28,103 nt of DNA from an uncultured Thermoplasmatales archaeon (GTDB lineage Archaea; Thermoplasmatota; E2; DHVEG-1). The notes under the pieces are model-generated. The model had not been told where the DNA came from and made no database searches. It was given only the letters and a program-made list of their open reading frames with translations. Numbering within the stretch: position 1 is the first letter of the stretch; every line of letters starts with the position of its first letter. The translations under genes were made by a program, and so were the position numbers. Below are positions 17,365-27,110 of this stretch, piece by piece. The stretch spans positions 1 to 28,103 of the forward strand of contig CAZKUB010000100.1 in the NCBI GenBank assembly GCA_964555835.1. The letters are read 5' to 3'.

Positions 17365-20300
17365 ATGATTAAGCAAACACCTCAGAAATACAGTCCTTGC
17401 TCAGTGGAAAAAAAAATTCTTAAATTCTGGGATGAAAAAAACATATTTCAGAAATCGATAGATCAACGCAAAGGTTCTAAACAATATATTTTTTTAGAAG
17501 GTCCTCCAACTGCAAATGGTATGCCTCATCCAGGTCATATTCTTACAAGAGTTGTAAAAGATCTTGTACTGCGCTATCAAACCATGAAAGGTCATTATAT
17601 ACTACGTAAAGCAGGATGGGATACACATGGATTGCCGGTTGAGATAGAAGTTGAAAAAGAACTAGGACTTTCAGATAAACAAGAACTGGAAGAATATGGT
17701 ATTGAAAAGTTTAACCAGGAATGTAGAAAATGTGTATTCAAATATGAGAATGTATGGGTTGAAATGACCAGACGAATCGGCTTCTGGCTTGATATGAAAA
17801 ACCCGTATGTCACTCTTGAAAATGATTATATAGAATCTGTCTGGTGGTCACTCAAACAAGCATGGGAGAAAAAACTGCTTTATAAAGGTCATAAAGTTGT
17901 GCCTTATTGTCCTCGTTGTGGGACAGCACTATCTGCTCATGAGATCTCACAGGGTTACAAAAACGTAAAAGAGCCTTCAATTTTTGTAAAATTCAAACTT
18001 AAAGATGAAGATGCATATTTTTTGGCTTGGACGACAACACCGTGGACTCTTATATCAAATGTTGCCCTTGCAGTTCATCCTGATGAATTGTATGTAAAAG
18101 TTCGTTACAACAATCAAATATTGATCCTTGCAGAGTCGCGTGCATCTGTTTTATTAAAAGGGCAGAATTATGAGATAATCGACGGTTTTAAAGGAGAAGA
18201 ACTAAACGCAAAAGAATACGAGCCATTATTTGATTATGCAAAAACAAAAAAGAAGGCATGGTACATAGTTATCGCTGATTTTGTAACAATGGATGAAGGT
18301 ACAGGAATTGTACATATTGCTCCTGCCTTTGGAGAAGATGATTATCAAGTTGGGAAAAAATATGACCTTCCCGTAGTTCAACTAGTAAAACTCGATGGAA
18401 CTTTTCCACCTGAAGTAAAACTATGGAGTGGGAAATTTGTAAAAGACGCAGATCCTGAAATTATTAAACACTTGGAAAAAAGAGGGCTTCTAGAAGGAGT
18501 CCATGAATATACTCATGATTATCCCTTTTGCTGGCGATGTGACTCTCCTCTTATTTACTATGCGATGGAATCATGGTTTATCGCAATGACAAAAGTTCAA
18601 GATTCACTTATTAGAAATAATAATAATATCAATTGGTATCCCGAGCATCTTCAACAAGGTCGTTTCGGTGATTTCATACGTGAGGTAAAAGACTGGGCTT
18701 TATCACGTAAAAGGTACTGGGGGACTCCATTACCTATCTGGACTTGTAAGGATGAAAAATGTAATCATCAGATTTGTGTCGGCAGTGTTGAAGAGTTAAG
18801 AACGCTTAGTGAGAACTTCCCCAAGGATTATGATCTTCACAAACCATTAGTGGACAATTTAAAAATTGTTTGTCCTAAATGTAAAAAAATACTGAAGCGT
18901 GAGGAAGAAGTAATAGACTGCTGGTATGACAGTGGCTCTGCTTTTTTTGCACAGTGGCATTACCCGTTTGAACACAAAGAAGAGTTTAAACAAAACTTTC
19001 CCGTGGATTTTATATCAGAGGCACTTGATCAGACACGCGGTTGGTTTTACTCGCTTCTTGCAATATCAACAATTTTGTTTGATGAAAAAGCCTACAAAAA
19101 TGTGTTGACACTAGGGCTTGTTCTTGACGAAAACAATCAAAAAATGAGTAAAAGCAAGAAAAATTATGTAGATCCATATATTATTCTTGAAAATGAAGGA
19201 GCAGATGCACTTAGATGGTATCTGGTTTCTGTTAATGCGCCATGGAATTCTAAAAGATTTTTTGAGCAAGCTGTCAAAGAAACACTTGGAAAATTTTTGC
19301 TTACATTTTGGAATTCATACAATTTCTTTGTAACCTATGCGGCACTTGATAAATTCAATCCAAAAACAGATATAATAGCATATGAAAAAAGACAGCTTTT
19401 AGACAAATGGATAATAAGTAGATTCAATAAAACCTCAGCGGAGGTTGAAGAACATCTTAATGTTTTTAACATACATAAAGCTGCAAGAGCTATTGAAAAC
19501 TTTGTAATAGAAGATTTTAGCAACTGGTATCTACGCAGATCAAGAAAAAGACTTTGGGTTGAAGAAAAAACAGATGATAAACTTGCAGGTTATTCAACAA
19601 TATATGAAATATTTTTGAACCTTTCAAAACTAATCGCACCATTCGTGCCATTTATCACTGAAGAAGTTTATCAAAACATAAGAACAGATGATATGTCTGA
19701 AAGCATTCATCTTTGCAACTATTATGAATGCAATAAAAAACAGATAGATGAGGATCTTGAGCAGGGGATGGAAAAGATAAGAGCTCTTGTAGAAGTAGGA
19801 AGATCACTTCGCTCAAAAATCGGAATAAAAGTAAGATACCCATTGAGCAGTGCAACACTTGTCTGTGATAAAAAAACAGAAGAAACACTCAGAGATTTAC
19901 TAGATTTATTAAACGAAGAAATAAATGTTAAAAAGATAAGTTTTGAAAGAAACACAGAAAAATTCATGACTAAATCATTAAAGCCTAACCCTTCAAAGAT
20001 CGGCCCGAAATACAAAGAAAAAGCAGGGCTTATCTCTAAGAAACTTGAAGAAGAAAAACCTGAAGAATTATACAATAAATTTGAAAAACAAAAAGAACTC
20101 ATACTTGATATAAAAGGCGAAAAAATAAAGCTGTTGGAAGAAGACCTGGAGATAGTATATTCCGTAAAAGAGCATATTGCAGAAACACAAACAGAGGATG
20201 TAACGCTTATTTTAGATACAGAACTTACCGCTGAGCTTGAAGCAGAAGGTTTTGCAAGGGAAATTGTGCGAAGAATACAATCCATGAGAAAAGAACTTGA

Positions 20301-20487
20301 TCTTGATATTGAGGATAAAATCAAAACAGAGATTAAAACAGACAAAGAAAAAGCACTGCAAAAATGGATAGATTATATCAAAGGTGAAACACGATCTGAA
20401 AAATTATTTTTTACTAATAAACCCGCGGGAAAACTAGTTAAAAAATGGAAAATTGATGAGCTTGCAGTAGAAATTGGGATAAACTAA
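17365..20487 (+). CDS. ileS: Isoleucine-tRNA ligase (archaeal/eukaryote-like type II)
   Basis: EGPPTANGMPHPGH (HIGH), GWDTHGLPVE, WTTTPWTL editing domain, DWALSRKRYWGTP and KMSKS. Confidence 0.97.
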   Translation: MIKQTPQKYSPCSVEKKILKFWDEKNIFQKSIDQRKGSKQYIFLEGPPTANGMPHPGHILTRVVKDLVLRYQTMKGHYILRKAGWDTHGLPVEIEVEKELGLSDKQELEEYGIEKFNQECRKCVFKYENVWVEMTRRIGFWLDMKNPYVTLENDYIESVWWSLKQAWEKKLLYKGHKVVPYCPRCGTALSAHEISQGYKNVKEPSIFVKFKLKDEDAYFLAWTTTPWTLISNVALAVHPDELYVKVRYNNQILILAESRASVLLKGQNYEIIDGFKGEELNAKEYEPLFDYAKTKKKAWYIVIADFVTMDEGTGIVHIAPAFGEDDYQVGKKYDLPVVQLVKLDGTFPPEVKLWSGKFVKDADPEIIKHLEKRGLLEGVHEYTHDYPFCWRCDSPLIYYAMESWFIAMTKVQDSLIRNNNNINWYPEHLQQGRFGDFIREVKDWALSRKRYWGTPLPIWTCKDEKCNHQICVGSVEELRTLSENFPKDYDLHKPLVDNLKIVCPKCKKILKREEEVIDCWYDSGSAFFAQWHYPFEHKEEFKQNFPVDFISEALDQTRGWFYSLLAISTILFDEKAYKNVLTLGLVLDENNQKMSKSKKNYVDPYIILENEGADALRWYLVSVNAPWNSKRFFEQAVKETLGKFLLTFWNSYNFFVTYAALDKFNPKTDIIAYEKRQLLDKWIISRFNKTSAEVEEHLNVFNIHKAARAIENFVIEDFSNWYLRRSRKRLWVEEKTDDKLAGYSTIYEIFLNLSKLIAPFVPFITEEVYQNIRTDDMSESIHLCNYYECNKKQIDEDLEQGMEKIRALVEVGRSLRSKIGIKVRYPLSSATLVCDKKTEETLRDLLDLLNEEINVKKISFERNTEKFMTKSLKPNPSKIGPKYKEKAGLISKKLEEEKPEELYNKFEKQKELILDIKGEKIKLLEEDLEIVYSVKEHIAETQTEDVTLILDTELTAELEAEGFAREIVRRIQSMRKELDLDIEDKIKTEIKTDKEKALQKWIDYIKGETRSEKLFFTNKPAGKLVKKWKIDELAVEIGIN

Positions 20488-20538
20488 TTTTTTCAACCAA
20501 ATTTATTTTATATAGATTAGCTTTTCAGCTTTTTATTT

Positions 20539-21534
20539 ATGATATGCCTTGGAATTGAAGGTACTGCACATTCAATAGGTGTAGGACTTGTTGAAAAAAG
20601 AAACAATAAATGCATTGTTCACTCTAATCTGATTAAGATATATAGGCCTGAAAAAGGAGGTATTCATCCTCGTGAGGCTGCAAATCATCATGCAAATTAT
20701 ATTGCAGATCTTATAAAAGACTCTGTCAAACAATCAGGTGTTGATATATCCAAAGTTGATCTTGTTTCTTTTTCAAAAGGTCCCGGTCTTGGTCCTTGTC
20801 TTCGTACTGCAGCAACAGCTGCTCGTGCGCTTTCACTTTCACTTGACAAGCCGCTAATCGGCGTTAATCATTGTGTTGCTCATATAGAGATAGGCAGGGG
20901 AACAATTGATAAATGCGATGATCCTGTTCTGCTTTATACATCTGGTGCAAATACTCAGGTAATAGGTTTTGCAGAAGGCAGATACCGTGTTTTTGGTGAA
21001 ACACTTGATATAGGTATTGGAAATTGTCTTGATAAATTTGGAAGGGAAGTAGGTTTAGAATTCCCCGGTGGTCCTAAAATTGAAAAACTTGCATTAGACG
21101 GTAAAAAATACCTTGAACTACCGTATACAATAAAAGGTATGGATATTGCTTTTTCAGGGCTTTTAACGACAGCTTTGCAATATTTTAGATCAGGTGAAAA
21201 ACTAGAAGATATATGTTATTCAATTCAAGAAACAACATTTGCAGCTCTTACTGAAGTAACTGAGAGGGCGATGGCTCATATCGAAAAAAAGGAGGTATTG
21301 CTTGGTGGCGGTGTAGCAGCAAATAAAAGACTTAGAGATATGGTAGAAACCATGGCTTGTGAGCGAGGTGCTTCTTTTTTTGTTCCTAGTACAGATTTAT
21401 GTATTGATAACGGTGCTATGATTGCTTGGCTTGGAATTTTAATGCATCTGAGCGGTGTTAGAATGAATGTTGAAAATAGTTTTATCGATCAGAGATTCAG
21501 AACAGATATGGTGGATGTGACTTGGCGTGACTAA
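20539..21534 (+). CDS. kae1: tRNA N6-threonylcarbamoyladenosine synthase Kae1 (KEOPS)
   Basis: LGIEGTAH, GGIHPREAANHH, VNHCVAHIE, SGANTQ, GETLDIGIGN and DNGAMIAW. Confidence 0.96.
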   Translation: MICLGIEGTAHSIGVGLVEKRNNKCIVHSNLIKIYRPEKGGIHPREAANHHANYIADLIKDSVKQSGVDISKVDLVSFSKGPGLGPCLRTAATAARALSLSLDKPLIGVNHCVAHIEIGRGTIDKCDDPVLLYTSGANTQVIGFAEGRYRVFGETLDIGIGNCLDKFGREVGLEFPGGPKIEKLALDGKKYLELPYTIKGMDIAFSGLLTTALQYFRSGEKLEDICYSIQETTFAALTEVTERAMAHIEKKEVLLGGGVAANKRLRDMVETMACERGASFFVPSTDLCIDNGAMIAWLGILMHLSGVRMNVENSFIDQRFRTDMVDVTWRD

Positions 21535-22153
21535 GGAAAAAATATTGTGTCTTGGAGCTGAGGCAGAAATCATTTCTTCAAAATACTTAGGTTTTGATGT
21601 AATTGAGGAAAGAAGAGTTAAGAAAAAGTATAGGATAAAAGAAATAGATGAAAGACTTATTTCTTCTCGTACTAAAGAAGAGGCAAAGCTTATCTCAGAG
21701 GCACGTAAAACTGGTGTTTCTGCTCCTATCATTTATGATGTTGATTTGCAGAAAGGAATTATCCGGATGCAGTACATCAAAGGTAAGCGTGTAAAAGATA
21801 TTTTAGATAATCTTTCTGAAGAAGAAAGAAAAAAACTCTGTAAAAAAATTGGTAAAAGTATTGCTTATCTTCATAAAAATGATTTAATTCATGGGGATAT
21901 TACAACTTCTAATATGATACTTGATGATAACTTAGTTTATTTCATTGATTTCGGCCTTGGTGAAAAAAACAGTGAAATCGAGTCAAAAGGCGTTGATTTA
22001 CATGTACTTATGGAGGCAATAGAGGCAACACATTCTAAATATTTACACTGTTTTGGTTATGTGCTTGAAGGATACAAAGAAATAATGCAAAACGATGCAA
22101 AATCAGTTATTAATAAGATAGATGATATTGTTCGTAGAGGAAGATATAGATGA
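21527..22153 (+). CDS. bud32: KEOPS kinase/ATPase Bud32
   Basis: GAEA, HGDITTSN and IDFGL. GTG start with GGTGGATGTGA RBS. 8-nt overlap with kae1. Confidence 0.93.
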   Translation: MTKEKILCLGAEAEIISSKYLGFDVIEERRVKKKYRIKEIDERLISSRTKEEAKLISEARKTGVSAPIIYDVDLQKGIIRMQYIKGKRVKDILDNLSEEERKKLCKKIGKSIAYLHKNDLIHGDITTSNMILDDNLVYFIDFGLGEKNSEIESKGVDLHVLMEAIEATHSKYLHCFGYVLEGYKEIMQNDAKSVINKIDDIVRRGRYR

Positions 22154-22713
22154 ATGAGCTTTATTTTATTACAGGTAACAAAGGTAAGGTTTTAGAAGCT
22201 AAAAAAAAGTTTTCCGAAATTGGAATAAAAATTATTCAAAAAGACCTTGGTTATCCTGAAATTCAAGCAGAAAACCTAGAAGATGTTGCATTATTTGGTG
22301 CCAAGAATGTTTTGAAAAAATTTGACAAACCATTTATTCTTGAAGATGCAGGTCTTTTTATCAATTCTCTTGATGGTTTTCCTGGTGTTTACTCAGCATA
22401 TGTGTTTTATACAATAGGCTGCAAAGGGATACTTAAACTAATGCATAACGTAGACGATAAAAACCGCAATGCCGCGTTTAAGTCTGTTTATGTATATGCC
22501 AAACCAGGGAAAAAACCTAAATTATTTCTTGGAGAATGTTTAGGTGCTATATCCTTTGAAGAACGAGGCGATAATGGCTTTGGTTACGATCCTATTTTTA
22601 TACCAAAAAATAGTAGTAAAACATTTGCTGAGATGAACACTGATGAAAAAAATATTTTATCACATAGAGGTAGGTCTTTAGATAAATTGCTTGATTTTTT
22701 TAAAAATTTGTAA
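22150..22713 (+). CDS. rdgB: dITP/XTP pyrophosphatase (RdgB/HAM1)
   Basis: TGNKGK, EDAGL, FPGVYS, GFGYDPIF and SHRG. Confidence 0.95.
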   Translation: MNELYFITGNKGKVLEAKKKFSEIGIKIIQKDLGYPEIQAENLEDVALFGAKNVLKKFDKPFILEDAGLFINSLDGFPGVYSAYVFYTIGCKGILKLMHNVDDKNRNAAFKSVYVYAKPGKKPKLFLGECLGAISFEERGDNGFGYDPIFIPKNSSKTFAEMNTDEKNILSHRGRSLDKLLDFFKNL

Positions 22714-22765
22714 ATAGAAAAATTAAAAGTATATAATTGCAATACATGTTATTAGGTTGCAACCT

Positions 22766-23224
22766 ATGGAAAAACAAAAAAAACAAGAGGATTTTATTGA
22801 GCTTGAAAAAATTATTAAGAGCAAATATTCTCTTTTGACAAAAATTATATTTCTTGTAGGAATTATTATTGTTTCAGTATTGATAATTGTTTTTTTAGGA
22901 GTATTGATCTGGAGTTATGATTATGACTGGGCTTTAATAAACATTGATAATTGGCTTTTAATCGCCATTATCACAATATCTATTTTAATAGTAATTGAAC
23001 TTGTTTTGTATTTTAAATATACTACCATTGGAGAGAAAAAAATTAAAAGTCAAAAACCCAAACCCGAGTTTATCGACAATAAAAAAGTAAATATTTTTAC
23101 TTATCCTCACGGAATGGAAGGGGGCATTTTTAGCAAAACATATCTTGATTTAGATGACCATAATATTCTTTGCATTAGAGCTTTAATCATTCATCCTGCT
23201 GAGCTTTGGACAAATAAAGAGTAA
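22766..23224 (+). CDS. Hypothetical membrane protein (2 TM segments plus a conserved-looking C-terminal soluble tail)
   Basis: Two long hydrophobic stretches. GTATATAA TATA about 30 nt upstream and an AGGTTG RBS-like element. ATG at 22766 preferred over TTG at 22757. Confidence 0.7.
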   Translation: MEKQKKQEDFIELEKIIKSKYSLLTKIIFLVGIIIVSVLIIVFLGVLIWSYDYDWALINIDNWLLIAIITISILIVIELVLYFKYTTIGEKKIKSQKPKPEFIDNKKVNIFTYPHGMEGGIFSKTYLDLDDHNILCIRALIIHPAELWTNKE

Positions 23225-23247
23225 CAAAATGATAAAGATAGTTAATT

Positions 23248-24348
23248 TTATTTTTTGAGAATACCCCTCTCTGTCAGTTTTTCAGGTAGATATGTATCTG
23301 TTACATAGTCAAGACCATATTTTGCAAGAGCCTGCTGCTCTGATTTTTTACCGATTTTAAGCTGAAGCTTGATTTCTCCTTTCCAGAAGTTATCTTGAAA
23401 CCTTGGATCTGTAAGCTCGCTTTTCAAAGCGTTTATATCTTCTGTTGTAAGTTTATCTGTAGGTAGATCATAGTTTTCAATATCTGATGGTGTTACACCT
23501 AGATATTGAGCAGAAGGCGTTGCGAGATATTCTGATATATGTGCGGTTTTAATAGCACCATATGCAACACTTGCATAAATCCTATAACTCCAAGGGTCAC
23601 AATCCGTAAATACAACTACTGGTAGTTTTTTTTCATTGCCGAGACGCTGTATAAATCTGCGTGTTGAGCGTGCAGGTTGACCTTTTAGATGTACAAGGAT
23701 CGCCCTACTTGATTGATCGAAACCATTTTCTACTAATCTATCAAACATACCACCTGTTTCTATTGCTATTACAAAGTCAGCATCACAATTTTTTAAAGTA
23801 ATTTTTTCAGATTCGACATTATACGGTATAGAGTAACCGGCATCTCCTACGTCGTCTTGGCAGTGTATTTTTTTCTTAGTGTTATTTCTTGTTACTTCTT
23901 CAATTGTCAGATTTCCCATTACTCTTGCACCATCTTCTTCAGGTCTTAATTTGAAATCTTCTCGCATACAGTTAGTAATTACTTCCAGGTCTTCTGCAAG
24001 TAAGTTTGATTCATTTTGAGAGTGAAACTTTGCAAGGTTCCATCCTTCTGAGATATAATACATTTCTCTTAAAGTGGATGATTTCTTTATTTTGATCATT
24101 TCTTTTATAAAATCAGCCATATACATAGTTCTAAGTAGCATATATGCTCCATCAAGGGATTTTGCAGTACGTTCTGTAGTGTTAGAACCATACTTCCAGA
24201 CGTTTAGTTTTTCATTGAATCTAATGTTTGCTTTTGTACGCGTTGGAAGCTGAAGTGATGGTATTTCTGTTTTTATGAAATCTTCATATACTTTAGATGC
24301 AACCGTATCAATTTTTTTGACTACGTCAGTATAGTCTTTTTTGGTCAT
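23248..24348 (-). CDS. top6A: DNA topoisomerase VI subunit A
   Basis: LREMYY (catalytic Tyr), IETGGMF, and DCDP toprim motifs. Confidence 0.96.
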   Translation of the reverse strand: MTKKDYTDVVKKIDTVASKVYEDFIKTEIPSLQLPTRTKANIRFNEKLNVWKYGSNTTERTAKSLDGAYMLLRTMYMADFIKEMIKIKKSSTLREMYYISEGWNLAKFHSQNESNLLAEDLEVITNCMREDFKLRPEEDGARVMGNLTIEEVTRNNTKKKIHCQDDVGDAGYSIPYNVESEKITLKNCDADFVIAIETGGMFDRLVENGFDQSSRAILVHLKGQPARSTRRFIQRLGNEKKLPVVVFTDCDPWSYRIYASVAYGAIKTAHISEYLATPSAQYLGVTPSDIENYDLPTDKLTTEDINALKSELTDPRFQDNFWKGEIKLQLKIGKKSEQQALAKYGLDYVTDTYLPEKLTERGILKK

Positions 24349-24350
24349 GT

Positions 24351-26288
24351 TTATTCACCTTCCCATTTTTCAGCGCCAATCACATAAGCCGGGTTTATGT
24401 TTTCAATGAATAAATCGTTCTCATCGAAATCATCTTTTTCAAGACCTGCAAGTTCAAATAAAATATCTGTTTTGTTTGCAGGTTGTATTCTGTTTAGAGT
24501 CCATTTTATATAGTTATCTGTTATTTTACTTGGTTTTGGTTCGACATTTCCTACTACAGCCTCTTCAGGGATCAATGCATAAAGATTAAACTTCTGTGGG
24601 GTTTTTTTGTAGTTTACAACCAAAATTCTACTTTTTGTAATAAAGCCTTCTTTAGTTTTTTTGACATCTCCCTCTACAAGTGTTGTTTGGATAGGCGCTC
24701 TTGAAACTTTTTCATATTCTACAATATCTTCAATCCATACTACGTCCATAATTTTGGTTATAATCGGATCAAGGTTTGGAACGGGTTTGCCAATCATATT
24801 TGCAGATTTTTTTGCAATTTCTGGTAAAATTTTGGTTATAAGATCAAATTTCTCACGGGTTTTTGCACGTCGAACTTTTTTGTTTATATGTTTCTGGACT
24901 TTTCTTGCGCATTCCCTGAATGCAAGCTTGACTTCGTTTTCTATTTCCTCTACATCCGATATTGCTTCTTTACTTTCAGATGTAAATGGAATCTGTGTGG
25001 ATGATACATGTGCTAAAAATATTGCAGGGCCAACGGGTATTCCTTTACCTGAAGGCTGACTTAAGCCATATCTTCTCCAGTCAATAGATGAAATTGCAGA
25101 TGTTATCACGCAGCCTCCTTGTTGATATAGTAAAGGAACTCTATTTGCAAATCTAAGTATTTTTACGGATTCATCTTTTGGAAGATTACCTCCATACACA
25201 AGTCCTACTTCTATCTGAAAAGGATTTCCTGAATAAACCGATGATGGACGAGAAGCAGTAATAATAAATTCAGGGGAAATCTCTTGTGTTTCGTGTTTTA
25301 AACTACGTTTGATAAGTGTTTCGCCAATGGGTGATAAACAATCAGTTGAGGGTGACATTATTTTTACTTTTTTAAAAGCATTATGAAGGGCAAGAAATTG
25401 CTCACGGCTCATTTGTTTTGGATTTAAATTTTTTTCAAGTCCTGCTTTTTGAATTGCCATGTTTGTTGTTCTGTCACCCATGCTGCTGAATTCTGTTTTT
25501 AGAAAAGAATTAAGTTGTCTTGATTTAGTGTGTTTTGCCATTTTGATAAGAGTACCAAGCTCTACACCATAAGGATGAGGTTTTATTTCAATGGATTTTT
25601 TCGGCATTTGCTCGCTTGTTCTTTCAAAAACGTGGATTGTTTCATCGGGTTCTTTGTATGTTATTTTTGCGTGAGGATTTACAATAGATGTACTTTGGAG
25701 ATATTCATAAACGTATTTTTTACCTCTTTTAATGTCAGCGGCAATGTCAACTTCGATGCGTGTACCTGTAGGTTTATCCCAATGAGTAGTATCTCTGCTT
25801 ATTATCTCTGCACGGTTTTTATTTGTATTAATTGCAATTTCTAAAATAAAAGCGGGTCTATCTTCTTCAACTTTTGATATAACCTTTGCATGTTTTCCAG
25901 TGGTTAACTGTCCGTATAATACAACTGCAGATATTCCAATTCCTTGTTGACCTCGACTCTGACGTATTGCATGAAATCGCGATCCATAAAGAAGTCTTCC
26001 AAAAATATGTGGTATTTGATTTTTTACAACGCCGGGTCCGTTATCTTCAATTATTATTTTACAATCTCCATCTGAATGGTTTTTAATTTCTACATATAGA
26101 TCTGGCAGGATGTTTACTTCTTCACATGCATCAAGTGAATTATCAACTCCTTCTTTAACACTAGTTATTAATGCTCTAGTTTGATTTCCAAAACCAAGTA
26201 TGTGTTTGTTTCTTTCAAAGAACTCTGCTACTGATATTTCTTTTTGTTTTTTTGCAAGGTCTTGTGCTGTTATTTTAGCCAAAATCAT
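24351..26288 (-). CDS. top6B: DNA topoisomerase VI subunit B with C-terminal extension
   Basis: [35 protein letters not shown]2TH and [10 protein letters not shown]. Start is ATG 26288 or TTG 26282; the GGAGG spacing favours the latter. Confidence 0.96.
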   Translation of the reverse strand: MILAKITAQDLAKKQKEISVAEFFERNKHILGFGNQTRALITSVKEGVDNSLDACEEVNILPDLYVEIKNHSDGDCKIIIEDNGPGVVKNQIPHIFGRLLYGSRFHAIRQSRGQQGIGISAVVLYGQLTTGKHAKVISKVEEDRPAFILEIAINTNKNRAEIISRDTTHWDKPTGTRIEVDIAADIKRGKKYVYEYLQSTSIVNPHAKITYKEPDETIHVFERTSEQMPKKSIEIKPHPYGVELGTLIKMAKHTKSRQLNSFLKTEFSSMGDRTTNMAIQKAGLEKNLNPKQMSREQFLALHNAFKKVKIMSPSTDCLSPIGETLIKRSLKHETQEISPEFIITASRPSSVYSGNPFQIEVGLVYGGNLPKDESVKILRFANRVPLLYQQGGCVITSAISSIDWRRYGLSQPSGKGIPVGPAIFLAHVSSTQIPFTSESKEAISDVEEIENEVKLAFRECARKVQKHINKKVRRAKTREKFDLITKILPEIAKKSANMIGKPVPNLDPIITKIMDVVWIEDIVEYEKVSRAPIQTTLVEGDVKKTKEGFITKSRILVVNYKKTPQKFNLYALIPEEAVVGNVEPKPSKITDNYIKWTLNRIQPANKTDILFELAGLEKDDFDENDLFIENINPAYVIGAEKWEGE

Positions 26289-26623
26289 TTCCCTCCTATA
26301 ACTGGGAGAATTACGCACCCAAAAATGTAATACAGATATTAATTATAAAATTATTCATTTAAAAAATCAAAAGTATGCATTTGTAACTTAAAAGTAAAAG
26401 TAGATTTAGTTGTATTCTCCGACTATAAAACCAAAAGAGTAATTTCTTTCAACTTTGTTTTTTTCTTTCTTTTTTTGTTTAAATTCATTTTTTATTTCTT
26501 TAATATGATTCCCTTTGTTCATTATAAACACTTATGAGTATTTTTTCTGTTAATCTAAATATATAAAAGTTCCTTGGTATTTTATCAAAATGTAAAAAAT
26601 TAATTATCTTTTCTTAGTTAATT

Positions 26624-26998
26624 TTAAAGGATATCAACATAGCTGTTTTTTACTATGTTGTTTTCTTTACAAAAACCTCTATTTGTCTCAATTACATGTT
26701 TGCAGAAACCATGACTTGAATACATTTTATAAAAAAATCCTTTTTCAATAGGGGCTTCATGGATTTTGAGTATCATCTTTTTACGATTTACAAAGATTAT
26801 ATCTAAAGGAATCTTGACGTTTTTCATCCAAAAAAATCGATACCATGGAATTACAAAAGAGAAAAGCATTCCTTTGTTTTTTTCTAGTTTTTCTCGGTAC
26901 ATTAAACCATTTGCTTTTTCTGCAAAGGTTTTGGCAACTTCACAAATAAGTTCAATATTTTTTTTATTTGTTTTAAAGACTATTTTTTTCGTATACAT
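26624..26998 (-). CDS. DUF192 family protein
   Basis: GLMYR, GMLF, FWMKNVKIPLDIIF and VIETN motifs. Confidence 0.88.
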   Translation of the reverse strand: MYTKKIVFKTNKKNIELICEVAKTFAEKANGLMYREKLEKNKGMLFSFVIPWYRFFWMKNVKIPLDIIFVNRKKMILKIHEAPIEKGFFYKMYSSHGFCKHVIETNRGFCKENNIVKNSYVDIL

Positions 26999-27110
26999 TT
27001 ATTTCTCCTAGTAATTAAATTATATTAAAATCTTATGTTTGATTTATTGCATTTTAAAGTATATTTTATAACATAAAAATTGTTTCACAATTATAAGGTT
27101 TGAGAATATT

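Noticed and set aside
17506-17540. IleRS HIGH motif variant HPGH
   Set aside because: HIGH motifs vary in type II IleRS. No evidence for novelty or resistance can be drawn from this alone.
19722-20345. 207-aa Ser-rich minus-strand ORF
   Set aside because: Antisense shadow of the Glu/Lys-rich ileS C-terminal region.
21500-21540. Possible frameshifted Kae1-Bud32 fusion
   Set aside because: Bud32 has its own RBS and GTG, and its frame has a TGA two codons upstream. Separate genes are common in archaea.
24351-24750. C-terminal extension of Top6B
   Set aside because: A C-terminal Ig-like domain is already known in euryarchaeal Top6B.
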